Shown here in pieces: positions 10,801 through 24,753 of a DNA stretch of 64,000 nucleotides; position 1 is the first letter of the stretch, and each line of letters opens with the position of its first letter. The stretch spans positions 105,898,001-105,962,000 of the forward strand of contig NC_087437.1 in NCBI RefSeq assembly GCF_036321535.1, read 5' to 3'. The position numbers and the translations under genes were made by a program. A model generated the notes under the pieces. The model made no database searches. It saw only the letters and a program-made list of their open reading frames with translations, and had not been told where the DNA came from. Source of the DNA: Camelus dromedarius. Taxonomy: Eukaryota.

Positions 10801-12621
10801 GTGGGTGAAAAGAACTAATAAATAACCATAATATTAACTATTGTTTTCCTACAAGTTAAAAAACTAGTCATTAAAATCTTCCTTACCACCCTAATCAGAT
10901 AACAATAATGAGAAAGTATATGCAATATTATTCTCAATATTCAGTCAGATAGCGTCTATAGTAACCATTATGCCCATATTTCTTTCTAAATAAAATTTTT
11001 TTTTTAGTTTCCTTGTCTTCTGTATATTCTCAGGTTTCATAGGGAATTAATTTATCTCAGGGAACTGTATTTTTTCTATCCATAATTTTTCTTTTCTTTG
11101 GTAAGACTGAGATGAATGCCATCTGGAGGACATAGCCTTTTATCATCTGATGTTTTAATTTCTTGATCATCTGTTCTGGCAAAATACAGTTTGCCTCCCA
11201 TGTTTATGTTTCCTGCCCTGAGAACTGTTTGATGGCTTCTGGCGTCTGATCCTCTGCCTTTTTCTGTTAACACAGAGGCAGGCAAAGCTTTGGGGGTTTG
11301 GCAATGCCTCCATCTGCTACAAATCTATCGCTCTTGCCACGTTTTATTGCTCCAGTCCCTGGGAAACATTGTGTTAAAGAGCAATGCACTGACTGGGAAA
11401 GGAGGTCCAGAGGGTGAAGTTAATATTTTTCTCATCAAACCAGGGAGCCCTGCTCTGAGTTGGGTAAACAAGATGCATCATTTGACTACTGGACCCTGTG
11501 TTGACAGGCTCCTCCTTCAAGAAGAAAGTGCCAGAATTGGAAAGTTTGCTGAAGATACATGCACTCCAGTTCATCTCTAAGTGCTTTGAGATTTAAGATT
11601 TATTAGGCTTCTTCCTTCAGTCTTCATCTTGGATTCCATTTTAGCATTTGCAGGGTTTATAATACATATATTCACCAACACTTCATTATACACCCACCTC
11701 GTTTCAAATATGCTTGCCATCCACGCTGCCTCTTGTCTATATGTTGGTCACCTCCTCCATTCTGTTCGCACTTTTCATTTGGTGACCTATCCTCCTCCGG
11801 GAATTATTTAACATCCTTTATGTTGTCATTCTTCCCATTTCCTCCCTGTGTATTTACTTCACATCACTTGGTTTTCTATTTCAAAGCAGAGGAACACATG
11901 TCACTTTTATTTTTCAGCTCCTTCTCAAGAGGGCATTTTAACTGATTTTCCAGAGATCTGAGAATAACTCATGACAGAGTTCATCCTGAGGCACAAAGTA
12001 ATACAGTGGTTTGGTTTTTTAATTTCATATGATTTTCATAATGGGATGAAATGAACAAAAAAACACTTCAAAATATCATTCCCAAAGAAATGTACAATAA
12101 TCCTGATGATAGATGAACAAAGATCCAGATATACGCAGCATACATGTGCCTTATTTTAATCATGCCTTTTGTTCTGATTTTTTACACCTGTTCCATCATA
12201 TTTTTTTAGCTTTTATCCTCAGAAGTGCTTGAAAACCACTTCTAGTGCTTTCATATTAACTTTGACTCCTCCTAGGTTAACGGTTTATCTTATGAAAATA
12301 TATGCAAAGCCATTTCACGGGCTTGCTCCTTTTCGGCAATCACGACTTCATGAAACGGCCGCACTGTGGGAACATCGTCCCTGACGTCACAGCCTGAGAA
12401 TTGTGGCTTCCACACCATGCAGGAACTCATGAACTCATCCTTCTTACATCCAGCTTTTTTCTGTGATGAGAGGAGTGTGCTGCCCCTCTCCCTCACACTG
12501 AACCTGCACATGGGCCTCGCACAGTTTCCCAGGGTGGTAGTATGTCTCTTGGTGAAAGAAGACTGATATAATTCATGCTCATCTAAGGGACTTTCCACTG
12601 GAAGCTCCTCTGCCTTGCTAT

Positions 12622-13098
12622 TGTCGACTGAAATAAACGCACAGCCTAAAAGCTGAGAGTTATGTTTTATTTGGCGGGAGGACACGAGCCGGGATGACAG
12701 CCTCTCAGATGGCTCTGAGGGACTGCTCCCAAGAGGTAGGGGAGGAGCTAGGACATACAGGAGTTTCACAACAAAGACCAGGTAATTGGAACAATGAAAG
12801 ATTGTTATCTAAAGAAAACCAGAAAACTCAAGTTAAAGAATTGAGCGCTTTTCTATATATGGGAGGAAGCAAACATTTGGGCTCACTGAATTCATTCCTT
12901 TGACAAGCACCTAGCTGTCTAGGGACAGTATCCTGTCCTTTCTTATTCTGAGTTCCCTCAGGGTGCACCATTGTGAGTGGCTGCAAAGGCCGGGGTGCAA
13001 TCTTGTCTTCTCTAGGGGGTGGTGGCAGCCGCTGATGACTTGATGCTTTCAGCATAATCTTTGTTTACTGATATGGTTTGCAATATTTTTCATTCACA
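12622..13098 (-). mobile_element. Solo ERV1-class LTR, same family as 5417-5888
   Basis: TG...CA termini, near-TSD ctat/ctgt, full-length similarity to 5417-5888. Confidence 0.9.
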
Positions 13099-13269
13099 CT
13101 GTCCATAGAGATCACTCCTTTTTCCTTTAAGGATTTGTTCAAAATTCAACCTCCCAAGGACGCCTCTCTCTCTTATCATGCTTTAATGTTGCTCACCTCC
13201 ATTTTCCACACCTCAAACCCAACCCCCCACCATCCTCTGCTGCCGTTTCTCATTAGATGGCTCATCGTC

Positions 13270-13716
13270 TGTGTCAGGTCACATCTTTCTGGAAGCAGCC
13301 ACCAAGCGGAGTTAGAATTGCAAGCAATTAATCGGCGGTGTGTGCAGAAAGGGAACACGAGTAGGTAAGCTGCAATGTGGGTCTGACAATTGTGGGAGAA
13401 GACGGAGGGACAGAGAGGACTGAGCAAGAGCTTCAGACCAAAGTGCAGCTCTCAGAAGTTCTTGACCAGCCCTACAGAGGGCTCTGGAGGGAAGACGGAC
13501 TGTTAGAGGAGGGCTGTGCTGTGATGGGCACAAATGGGTAGACAGACCCTCCTCCCCCCACCGCCAGGTCATTGGCGGGAGCTGTCCATTCACGGCACCA
13601 AGGCTGAGGCAGATTCCAAGGGCATTGTTTCAAGAAGCTGCAGGCTGACTGCACTTCCTGCAGCAGATTTTTCTCTAAAAGGGAGATCCTAATGGCATAC
13701 ATCCAGGGGTGCCACA
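13270..13716. mobile_element. Probable old ERVL-class LTR
   Basis: GC-richer block bounded by tgtgtcagg... and ...tgccaca; family not confidently recognised. Confidence 0.4.
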
Positions 13717-14904
13717 TCTTCTGAGTATATATTGTGTATTTATTAAACTTTTATCTGTCTTTCTCACTTGCACCAACCGGATACTCCATATATTAACATA
13801 TGTATGCTAAATAAATACATGAATGAATGACTAAAATGAGTCTTGTAGATAGTCATTTTTTAATCTATTAGTGGAATATGTCACACCATAAAATGACACA
13901 ATGTATCATGATTAATTTAACATCTGGTTATTTTTATAGATCAAACAACTGTTGATAAATGACCATAAATGAAATAGATTTTGAGTTTCCTTATGACCAG
14001 TATCCAATCATTATTTCTGTATTTCTACTGCCCATCGCTTGATAGAAACTCAATACAGTTTAGCAAATGTAAAAACAAACAAACAAATTTCAATATTGCA
14101 ATGAAACTATCCCCTCCCGTTTAAAGATGCAAGTACCAGCTGTAACTTTGCAGACTTTAACTACTGCATCGTATCTCTCTTCCTGAGTAATGTCACACTA
14201 TTTCACAGCTTCAGGTATACACAGGATTAGTGGTGGAAGCCATCCCTCCTAAAGAGATGTAACACTACATCTTATCTACACATCTAATTGAGGAGCAAAA
14301 GAGCAATTTCCCTCTTAGAGGGAAATAAATCTCTGGAGGATAATGTACTTAAATAGACAAAACTTATAAAATGGCTTAAGTCATGCTGCATGTGGATTAC
14401 GTGGTAAAGAAAGATTGCTGATGGGACTCACGGTCTTGTACCTTTGGGCCAGCTGTGTTCAATTAAGCTGGACTTCTTAAGAAGGGAAAGTGATATCAGT
14501 AAGAAGCCTATGGGGAGGTTTAGCAGTCAGAGTGCCTCAAGAATTCACTGACAAACAGTGCGCTGGTCTTAACAAATAAGATAAGAATTAAGAGTAGACC
14601 TGAAAGCTGAATTGTATCTTCGTAGGCTGGGCGTTGCAGAGTCCAGCTATACAGAGGACCATGTGTAGGAAGATGTGCTGAACACAAATGGTGTAGAGCA
14701 TTCAAAAGTCTAGAACTCCAGGCTCTGGGACTAACAGGAAATGCATCACCAGAAGGAAGGAATAAACTAATCTCTTCTAATGTACATTGTGTTCCTGCTT
14801 TTATGGTGAATAATGAAGAAACTGAGAACGCAAGTGAATGAATTCATTGGCATGTTCCAATCTCCTGTAAATGTTCTTTATGCACTTAATCAACCCTTAA
14901 CTTG

Positions 14905-15397
14905 TGTGTTAGGTTCTCGAGAGAAACAGGACCAGTAGGATATCTACAGATATAACAGAGAGGCGATTTATTATAGGAATTGACTCATGTGATCATGGAG
15001 GCTGAGGAGTCCCACGGTCTGCCATCTGCAAGCTGGAGAGCCAGGAAAGCCAGTTGAGTAGCTCCAGTCCAAACCCAAAGGTCTGAGAACCAGGGGAGCC
15101 AATGACGGAAATCCTTGCCTGAGTCTGAAACCAGGAGCACAGATGCTGGAGGTCAGAAGATAGATGTCTCAACTCAAAGAGTAGTCTCCCTTCCTCTGCC
15201 TTCTTATTCAATCCAGGCCCTCAGTGGATGGTATGACACCCACCCACATTGGGAAGGGTAATCTCTACTCAAGCCTACAGATTCAAGTGCTAATCTCTGC
15301 TGGAAGCACCCTCATACATACACCCAGAAATAATGTTTTACCAGCAATCTGGACATCCCTTAATCCAGTCAAGTTGACACATAAATTAACCATCATG
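14905..15397 (-). mobile_element. Solo MLT2-family (ERVL) LTR
   Basis: ggttctc-agagaaacag...gcaagctggagag...agtcaagttgacacataaattaaccatca consensus motifs; exact 5-bp TSD ACTTG. Confidence 0.9.
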
Positions 15398-17739
15398 ACT
15401 TGTAAGATGTCATTTTCCTGATGACCCAAATGTTCTAAGTCAGGATTTATAATAAAAGATTGTAATTTTTTCCACTTGATTGCTTAGAGCAGTTAATTTG
15501 AGACTATATTTAAGAAATTCACTTTTAAAAGTTTTAAAACATTGATACATTCTTTTAAATTGAGACTATAGAATTTTACAGACCAGATATTACTCTCTAT
15601 ACCCATAAAGGTTTCTTAAAAATAAAGCACTCATATAAAGTTTTCTCTCAAACCTAAAGACAAAAATAAAGTAATTTCAATTCAGATTATTTGCATTTTA
15701 TAATGACTTTAGTCTTTTCGAAAGCTGAAAATTGGAAAAATTCTTCCCTCATTAAATGCACTTTTTCTCAAGACACATTTAATATACTATTTAAGGAATA
15801 CAACTTCAATTTTTAGCTTTGTCTACCATGAATAATAGTACCAGCTAAACTCTGTTCCATCTCCGCCTTAGGCATGCTGTGAATTTGAAGTCCTGCAATT
15901 TCTCATTCTCTTTAAGTTAAAAACGGACTTGAAATGTCAGAAGAATTTCAAACCTAGACAGAAACTGTCTAGCCTCGCACCTGCAGTGCCACTAGGTCCT
16001 GTGGAAGATTCAGCTGCAGAATTCTCACAAATGATCCTTATAAATCTATTTAACAGCACCTTAGAAGAATAAAAATTATCAATCATATTAAGCAGAATTG
16101 CAGAAAAATCTCTGGCACTCTTTCATAGATATTAACTTAACCAATCTTCATTTGAGGAAGATGGAGGCAATAGAAGAAGATAAAAAAAAAAATCCATGAT
16201 ATTGTATATACTAGTTTAAAAATCTTGCTAATATAGATGTTTTATAAAACTGTTATTTTTGAAAATAACAACCAAAAAGTTAACTACAAAGGCAATATGT
16301 AAATTTTTTATATATCTAAAATGTTGCTTGTAGGCTAATATTTTATTATATAAAAAATTTACAAGAATTGAAAAGCAGTATCTAAGATCTCCATATGTAG
16401 TGGGCAAAAATCATTGACACAAAGTAAGAAATACAGATTAAAAAAATTTATGGGATGTATTTAGTATCACTAAGAGTCATATAGATGGAAATCAGAGAGC
16501 TTATGAAGTCATATTTTGCTCACATAATTAGGAATAGTCAAAACTGTGGGCCTAAAAGTCAAATACTAATGAGAATAAAACCACTACACTTCTGGGATGT
16601 TAGTATACTTATTTTGTAGACAACCAAGCAGAAAGGTAGCAAACTATGTTGTATTTACTCTAAGGAAAATCAGATGAGTTTTTAAAGTACACGCATACAC
16701 ATGGAAGAGAAGACTGGATTTGAGGCGAGGAAAACTCTCAAGCGGTCATGATGATTGCTTTAGGGTGGTGGAATTGACAGGCTGTTTTCTATGTGTTCCA
16801 GTTTCAGACATTATCTTTAAATGGTTTTAGTGTTTTCATAATTTTTAAATGATGACTATAAAGACATTATTGAAATCTAAATATACTTGTTATTTAATAT
16901 TAACCAGGAGTATAATTTGAAGTTTGTAAAACTATGGACAAGAAAGGTAGGGTATCTTAGAGAATAAAAAAGTAGTGTTATTAGGATTTTGGAAACAAAG
17001 GTTTTTATTCTTTTTAGCTGACTTTATTTTTGTTGTAACATCTTTTGAACAAGAAATTACATTGATAAATATATATTTCCTAGGTGCTAAGATTTTATAT
17101 GACTTATTGACAAATGTATATATATTTTAATAGACTCATTCATACCCTATCACGGGTGTAGTTTCTGTGTGGTAATGCTATTTGACTCTGTAAGGACTAA
17201 TTTTTTTTTTTCTCATGAGAATTTTTTTTTCCTTTTGCAGTTTTATTTGGTAAAATTAGTACATTTTGACTGCACATATACATTATATTTCATGTAAATA
17301 CATATATACAATATCCTGCACATATTTTTTTTAGTTTATGTATGCGTACTGATCATTGCTTCTAAGAACAGATAAGAGCTTCAGCTTCTTAAACTTACAT
17401 AGGAATAAAGAAATAAAGAGCTAATTTATTTTTCATTGTGTAGATTTCATTATTCCACGTGCATTTGACTTGTGAAATATGCAGCATGAAATTTTTCTGG
17501 GTAAGGTTTCTCTATTTAAACAGCATATTTTTCAGGAAAGCAAAAGATTAACTTATTTTTTTTCCCAAAAGTTGAAATGTCTTAGAGAAAGCAAAAGGTA
17601 GTGCAGAAAGACTGAATCCAAAAATGTCGATTCACTAATATTTGAGTCAAAACACTGCCTACACTGGGTGTTGGCTGCTGGTTTGGTGTAACCTCCATCA
17701 CACCCCAATTTCACACACCGCAGCTACATCACAGCAGCA

Positions 17740-17965
17740 GCAACAAGAAGCATTTACCGAACCTTCTTCTGTGCCTGACACTTTATGGCTTTTCTCACAT
17801 TTAATCCTCATCCCAGCCTTATGAAGTGAGTCTGTTTTGATTCCCATTTTATGTATGAAAACATGTAGTATCAAGAGATTTCCTGATTTGTCCAGGGATG
17901 TGCAGGAGGTGAGTGGAGGACCTGGGGGTCAAATGCAAGTCAGTCTGATCCTAGAGCTGGAGTCC
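17740..17965 (-). mobile_element. MIR SINE fossil
   Basis: ctcacatttaatcctca...cccattttat...gtcagtctga core motifs. Confidence 0.65.
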
Positions 17966-18834
17966 TGACGGAAAACTCCCTTCCTCTCCTTACGTTTCCT
18001 CATCACTTCCTTTTGCCCCAATATGACGCGCTTCATCTAACCCCTCATCCCATTATTATCTTTCAGTAACTATCATGCCTATGATGTGCCCTCAAAAGAG
18101 TGTCCCCTCTCTTACTTCTCAATAAACTATCAATGTGCATCTTAATTTAATTAAGTGGAGGCTCCCCTCTTCCTCAGGCTTGAAGTCACTCCAAGTTTGA
18201 AAGATTCTTTCCAGGGAGAGACAGGTGAGCATCTTCTCTTTCCCCAGTTTACTTTTCTACTGCCTTCTGCCTTAATTCATTGGTTTAGGTTCTGATCCAT
18301 CTAGGATCAGTCACAGAAAGTTAACGGATTAGAGAAGAGTGGGTATGATTTTACTCTTGGTGGTTTTCATCACCTCTCCCATAGCCTCGGATAAACGGAG
18401 ACTATCTCCTTCTACTCACTCATGCTGGGGGCTGGGGTGCGGGGCAGCAATAGCAAGAGGCACACAGCATTCCAGCAACTCTGAAAATTATTCTATTACT
18501 AAAGACTCCTTTGAATAATTTACTGTTAGAGGTTGGTAAGCCCTGACACTGGCCCCTCTTTGTGATAAGTGAGTGCTCTGCATCTGTTGTCTTGTTCTTG
18601 CCTTTGTGGCTCAAGGGACACAGAGATACTAAGAATTCCATTTTAACAATTTAATACATACCATAACCTGTTTATTTCCAGAAACCCTATCTTGTCCAGT
18701 ATCAGTTTGCTATATGACCTCAGTTTGGTATATGCCTTCTTTACCAATGAGCTCTCTGCTGCTAGATATCTTCAAGCAGGGCTTAATAATCATATGTGAA
18801 CTACACTTTAGAACTAAAGGATTCTGTAAGACAA

Positions 18835-19625
18835 TTATTAGACAGAAATGCAAATAAAAACTACAATGAGGTATTACCTCATACCAGTCAGAAAGGCCGT
18901 CATTAAAAAGTCCACAAACAGTAAATGCTGGAGAGGGTGTGGAGAAAAAGGAACTCTTCTATGCTGTTGGTTGGAATGTAAATTGGTACAGCCACTATGG
19001 AAGACAGTATGGAGGTTCTTTTAAAAACTAAAGATAGATTTACTGTATGATCCAGCAACCCCACTCCTGGGCATATTTCTGGAGAAAATGTAATTCAAAA
19101 AGACACATGCACCCTAATGTTCACAGCAGCACTATTTATAATGGCCAAGACATGGAAACTACCTAAATGTCCAACAGGTGACCAGATAAAGAAGAGGCAG
19201 TATAACTATAAAATGGAATATTACTCAGCCATAAGAAAGAATGGAAAATGCCATTTTAAGCAACATGGATAGACCTAGGATTACCATATTAAGTGAAATA
19301 AGTCAGACAGAGAAAAACAAGTATCATATGATATCAATTATATGTGGAATCTTAAAAAAATATACAAATTCTATTTACAAACCAAGAACAGACTCATAGA
19401 CATAGAAAACAAACTATGGTTACCAAAGTTTGGGATTAACAGATACACATTACTATATATAAAATAGATGACTTACTATATAGTACAAGGAACTATAATT
19501 TCTTGTAATAACATATAGTGGAAAAGAATCTGAAAAGAAAAATATATATAGCATGTGTATGCATAACTGGATTGTTTTGTTGTACACTCAAAATTTACTA
19601 ACCCTGTTGTACATTGTAAACTTAC
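18835..19625 (+). mobile_element. 5'-truncated L1 (ORF2 end plus 3' UTR)
   Basis: gaaatgcaaataaaaactacaatgagg...aaatgctggagagggtgtggagaaa...caacatggatagacctag; followed by a CA-rich tract. Confidence 0.92.
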
Positions 19626-21468
19626 ACACACATACACACACACACGTACACACACATCCCTTATCTAGAGGAACCCTAATGACTTGGGTAATGCATTTCA
19701 TATGCCAAGCCAGCCCATATAAAATTTATTTTGATTTTTATATAACACACTTTTAAACACAATCATCTAGGCTAGGGGTTGCAATACCTTTTTCACACTG
19801 TAGGGAGTTGACAATGGCAAGTATTTGATTTGCTCTAGTGAAGATGACCTCTGCGGAGTATTTCCAGCCCCTTAACAATCACCTCCAGTTCACAGTGCAG
19901 ACAGATCTCCCGCTGTCAAGTCAGATTAATGCTTTCCTTAGCTTTTTTGAATTATTCCAGGATGAAAAAATCAATTGGTCGAGCTGCTCTACAGCTGCCT
20001 GTCATCCATCTGAATCCGCTCCATCATGACCATTTGTCAAAACTAGTGCCAAATACCTTAGAAAATTTGTCAAAATAATGGTAATGGTTGTTCAACATTC
20101 AGCGTACAAGAGATTTGTGCAGCAGGCATCATATAAAAAAATCAACACCCTCGAATATCTATTGGGAATTGTTATTTGCAGAAGGCAGAACTGAGTACTT
20201 ACTATCTGGATTCTAAAAATACATATGATTTTTTTTTCTTTTTTACTTTAAAGGAACACTTTAATGTTTCACCATTGAATAAGAAGCTGGAATTTGTATT
20301 TGACCCATATACACCCAGATACAAGCACACATTTCCCACGCCCTCCAATTTATAGAATTTAAAATATCCCTGTGTTCCCACTTTATAGAGTCTCTAAAAA
20401 TAAGAAAATTATGTCAATAAGTATTGGGTATTTTATAAAAATGCTTGTGATCTTGAGCTAAGCAATAATAAAGAACACTTAGCTCCAATTTAGAGGAGAT
20501 GGAATCCCCGCTTATCCTAGTGAAGACATAGTGAAATCACAGGTTTGTGAGAATTAACTTGAATGATTCCTTCTTAAGTAAACAACAGATTTTAAAAAGC
20601 AAAACAAAACAAAAATGGAAAGAAAAAAAACAAAACCCTGACTCTATCAAGGCAATTCCTAGGCAGTTTCAAGCATAATGAAGTTTTACACTTCCTATGT
20701 ATGTTGTTAATGATTGATAAATACTTTTGATCAAAAGAATCATTTTCATTTAAAATGTCTGTATTTAAAAGTTTACCCTTCCCTCTGAAATCAACATCTT
20801 CTGGCTGAAAAACTCAGAAACTTGTAACATTTCATTTTAATATTCTAAGCAGCTCTTGTCTAATGAGTAAAAAGAAGAGTAGGAATTTAAAGAAAGAAAG
20901 TGAACATCAACACTAAGTATTTCAGGAGTGCAGCCTTATGCAAGAAAGCACAATTTATTCTTGCATTTCACACTAAGTCCCAGTTTACTAACATCACTTC
21001 CTCCCTTACCAGTCCACTGTCAGAGAAGCAGACACGTTCAAACACATTCTCTGTGTTATGGGGTACTACAAAATTTCAAAAATATTAACCAATGTGTTTT
21101 GTGTAGTAGTGATCTTTCTTCTTTAAAATTCCTTTTATCCCTGTCCCTTCCTCCCTGTCTAGGACGCTTCTGTCTCCAGGAAAGGATGACCTAGCAAATG
21201 GAAGAAACAAACATTTTCCTTGCTTTAAATTTACAAATGCAGTCTTCAGAGATGACCAAAAGGCCAGAGTGTATGAACAATGCATCGTGGGGAGGAAGTA
21301 CGGAAGCACATGAGAGAGATTCTGAACTCCACAGATGCAACAAATGTTCCCTGTACTGAAGTGGAGGAAAAACAGGAGTGAAAGTTGAGAGATGTTGTCG
21401 GTACCTTAAAAAGGTCACCTACTCACCCAGTCTTCTAAACCGAGCATGGGAGGGAGCTAGGCAGAAAC

Positions 21469-22084
21469 TGTTACGGTACTTGAGAGTAGAAAGTGCCTTT
21501 CTTTATTTGACCCCTTTCCTGAAAAGAACTCTGGGAAATAATAAAACCCCAGAGCAGAAATGCTGGGCGGTGTATCAAGGCAGATGAGAGGAAGAGCCTC
21601 AGAGCGTAACCAAACAGGACCCGGCGGGGACTTCCCAGGATAGACCCCTCCCGCATATCCTCTGCTATAGGTCCTCTTGGAAGTACCCAGGTGATAGCAT
21701 CTCATACATATTTCCCAAGTTTTTCAGATGCTGAAAACCACCACCAAAGAGAAAAGTTAACCATTTGATGATCACAAGCACATGGCCCCCAGACCTTCTG
21801 GTGCCTAAGGGTTGATAGTGTTGACCTCCCTGTTAACCTCTACATCAAACAGTCAGAGAATTGTGCACAAGCTGATCATGTACCCTGCAACCCCCTCCCT
21901 TACCTGGCCCTTAAACATGCTTTGCTGAAACCCTCTGGGAGTTCAGGATTTTCTTGGTCTTAAACCACCCCATCCTCTTTGCTCGACCCTGCAATAAACC
22001 TTTCTCTGCTCCAAACTTTGATGTGATATTTAGGTCTGTTTGGTCTCACAGTGCATCGGGCACACAAACTTGCTTTCCTTAACA
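21469..22084 (+). mobile_element. Solo ERV LTR
   Basis: TG...CA termini; ccctgcAATAAAcctttctctgctccaaact shared with the LTR at 3990-4513. Confidence 0.82.
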
Positions 22085-22739
22085 AGAGAAGTCATTCATT
22101 CATTTTCCTTCCTTGGTTTATTACGCCAGGAGCCCTGGGTTCAGAGATGACCAAGATTCAGATCCTGTGTTTAAGGACTTCATGGTCTAGAAATGAGGAT
22201 GAAAAAGAAAATAAGTTACTATAATGACACTAAAGAAATACAACAGAAATAAGTCAAATCTGGAAAAAAAAAAAGTAGGGATGGAAAAGAGGAAATTTTA
22301 AAAAATCAGATTTCTATAATGTTGCTATTATAAAATAACACTTAAAATGCATTTAAATTTGTGTATCTGATATTTCTAGGCTGCCTAATTTGGAAGTTTC
22401 ATCTTCAGGCTTTTGGTCAGGCTAAGGACAGCCGACCTGGGGTGGTGAGGGGATGGACCGATAGCACTGGAGGTGGAGGGCACTCCCCTGTAGCATGTTA
22501 CTCAAGAGCAAGGATTTGGACCAGAACAATAGACCAATCTTGGTTTGACTCTCACCTCTGGCATTTAACAACCTCGTGGGTTTGGAGAAATTAAGTATAG
22601 TTGAATAAGCACATCCTGATGCTGACCTAAATTTTGTTACTGACTTTAAATACATGCAGCTTATTTTAAAAACTGAATATTATTTTTCTATCAAGCATCT
22701 GTTGTATTTCAATTATAACTAATATTTCTGAATATTTCT

Positions 22740-22945
22740 AGGTGTCTGACATCGTTGAAGTACTTCACAAGCATTTTCTCATTTAAAATTCACAAAAACC
22801 TATAATCAGATTCCCACTTCACTCCTGAGGAAATTAAGCCACTGAGAGGTAAAGTCAAACGCCCAGCATCCCAGAGCAATTCGACAGCGAAGCTGGAATT
22901 CAAATCCACATGGCCAGACTGGAGAGTCTGCCCTTGAAACCACCT
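22740..22945 (-). mobile_element. MIR SINE fossil
   Basis: tctcatttaa...tgaggaaattaag...gagaggtaaagt...gctggaattcaaatcca. Confidence 0.65.
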
Positions 22946-23639
22946 CCTCGTGGCACCCTCGTACTTGGCATCTTTATTAGTGCATTTTACGATTTATTAG
23001 ATTAAATATTTGTTCCACAAGTGACATTTGAAAGCCTGGGCCACTTCTAAGCTTGGCTGGTTCTAAATTAATGTTTTTCAAAGCAAATCGTCTGAACTTG
23101 TTGCTCCTGCTCAGACAACTAAAACAATTCCTGTGGACAAGGCAGATGAGCAGATGCACGTCCGATGAGTTGTAAGGAGAGAGTTCTCTCCCAGAACATG
23201 CTAGCTGATTTAATGGCGTTTAAATTTGTGTGGATCTCAGTTTTACTTGGCTTTTACTAGTCTACCAGGAAAAATGATGTTCAAATCCCTTCAAATAAAT
23301 TTTTGTAATATACACGTAGACTATCTCACTAATCCCTAATTTTCTTATTTGTTGCTACTATCCACACCCTCTTCAAATTTTTGTTTATTGAAGCAAAGCT
23401 ATTATGTCAAAAAAGTTGTTTTATTTTTATAATGTTTAGGATATTTGCACAATTTGATTTTTTTCACATAGATTATACAATCAATATTGCTACTAACAAT
23501 GCAATCAAAGTTATTATTTTATGTTAAGGCAGTTTAGTTCATAAGACTTGTTAATATTTCCTTTTGAATTGAACTTTCTATTTATTCTAGGGCATTCTAA
23601 GGCACACTGTTTTAATATCCTTAATCAACAAATTAAATA

Positions 23640-23993
23640 CAATACCATATGAGATCGCTCATATGTGGAATCTAAAAAACAAAAACAAAAAAACAAAGCA
23701 TAAATACAAAACAGAAATAGACTCATAGACATAGAATACAAACTTGTGGTTGCCAAGGGGGTGGAGGGTGGAAAGGAATAGATGGGATTTTAAAATTGTA
23801 GAATAGATAAACAAGATTATACTGTATAGCACAGGGAAATATACACAAGATCTTATGGTAGCTCACAGAGAAAAAAATGTGACAATGAATATATACATGT
23901 TCATGTATAACTGAAAAATTGTGCTCTACACTGGAATTTGACACAACATTGTAAAATGATTATAAATCAATAAAAAATGTTAAAAAAAAAAAA
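23640..23993 (+). mobile_element. L1 3' end, relatively young, with poly(A) tail
   Basis: cgctcatatgtggaatctaaaaa...actgtatagcacaggga...AATAAA and A-tail. Confidence 0.9.
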
Positions 23994-24029
23994 CAATAAA
24001 TGAGCTATTTGATCCAAAAAAAAACCAAA

Positions 24030-24440
24030 TAAAATACACAAACTGTGTAATAGCCATACAAAAAAAAAATCACTCAATGATAGAAAAGGAATGAACTACC
24101 AATTGACTCAAGAACATAGATGAATTTCATGAACATTTAACGAGATGCTTTCAAAAACAAAATTTACTGAAGGAATATGCATCCACATTTCCATGCTGTG
24201 TGACCACACTTATAAAACTCCAAGAGTACAGTGACGGAAGTCAGAACTGATACCTCCGTAGGTGGAGGAAACTGACTGGAAGAACACACAAGAGATTTTT
24301 TTCAAATGATAAAAATGTTTCCTATGTTATTTTTGGCTGTGGCTACATGGATGTAGTCAACTGTCAAAGTTAATGAAGCAAACTTTGTGATTGGTGCTTT
24401 TTCATTGTTTATGTTTTTTACCACAGTAGAAAATAAATAA
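24030..24440 (+). mobile_element. Old L1 3' fragment (L1ME-like)
   Basis: aaaggaatgaactac...acatagatgaatttc...gaagtcaga motifs. Confidence 0.6.
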
Positions 24441-24523
24441 ACAGAAGTAAACCTGCAGAAGTATTTATACTATAACTTCATCCATGCATAATGATAAGAT
24501 AGATATATCTATCAGTCTACATC

Positions 24524-24753
24524 TGAGCTTCTCAACCTTGGCATTATTGGCATTTTGGACTATATACGTCTTTGCTGGGGAGTCAGGGGGAGGGCTGTCC
24601 TGCGCATTGTAGGATGTTCATAAGCATCCTGGCCCCTACCCACTAGATGTCAGTAACATCCCTTCAGTTGGGACAACCAAAAATTCCTTCAGCCATTGGC
24701 AAATATGGCCTGGGGTGGGAGGGGTGTGGAGAGGACCTGGTCGAGAATCTCTG
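24524..24753 (+). mobile_element. MER20 hAT DNA transposon fossil
   Basis: ttctcaaccttggca...gctgtcctgcgcattgtaggatgtt...cccactagatg...gacaaccaaaaat...ggtcgagaa. Confidence 0.88.

Noticed and set aside
12290..12769. 159-aa minus-strand ORF, the longest in the track
   Set aside because: Starts at a non-ATG codon inside a solo LTR and runs into flank; no recognisable domain.
5417..13098. Intact provirus bounded by two LTRs
   Set aside because: Each LTR has its own TSD and the interior has no gag/pol/env.
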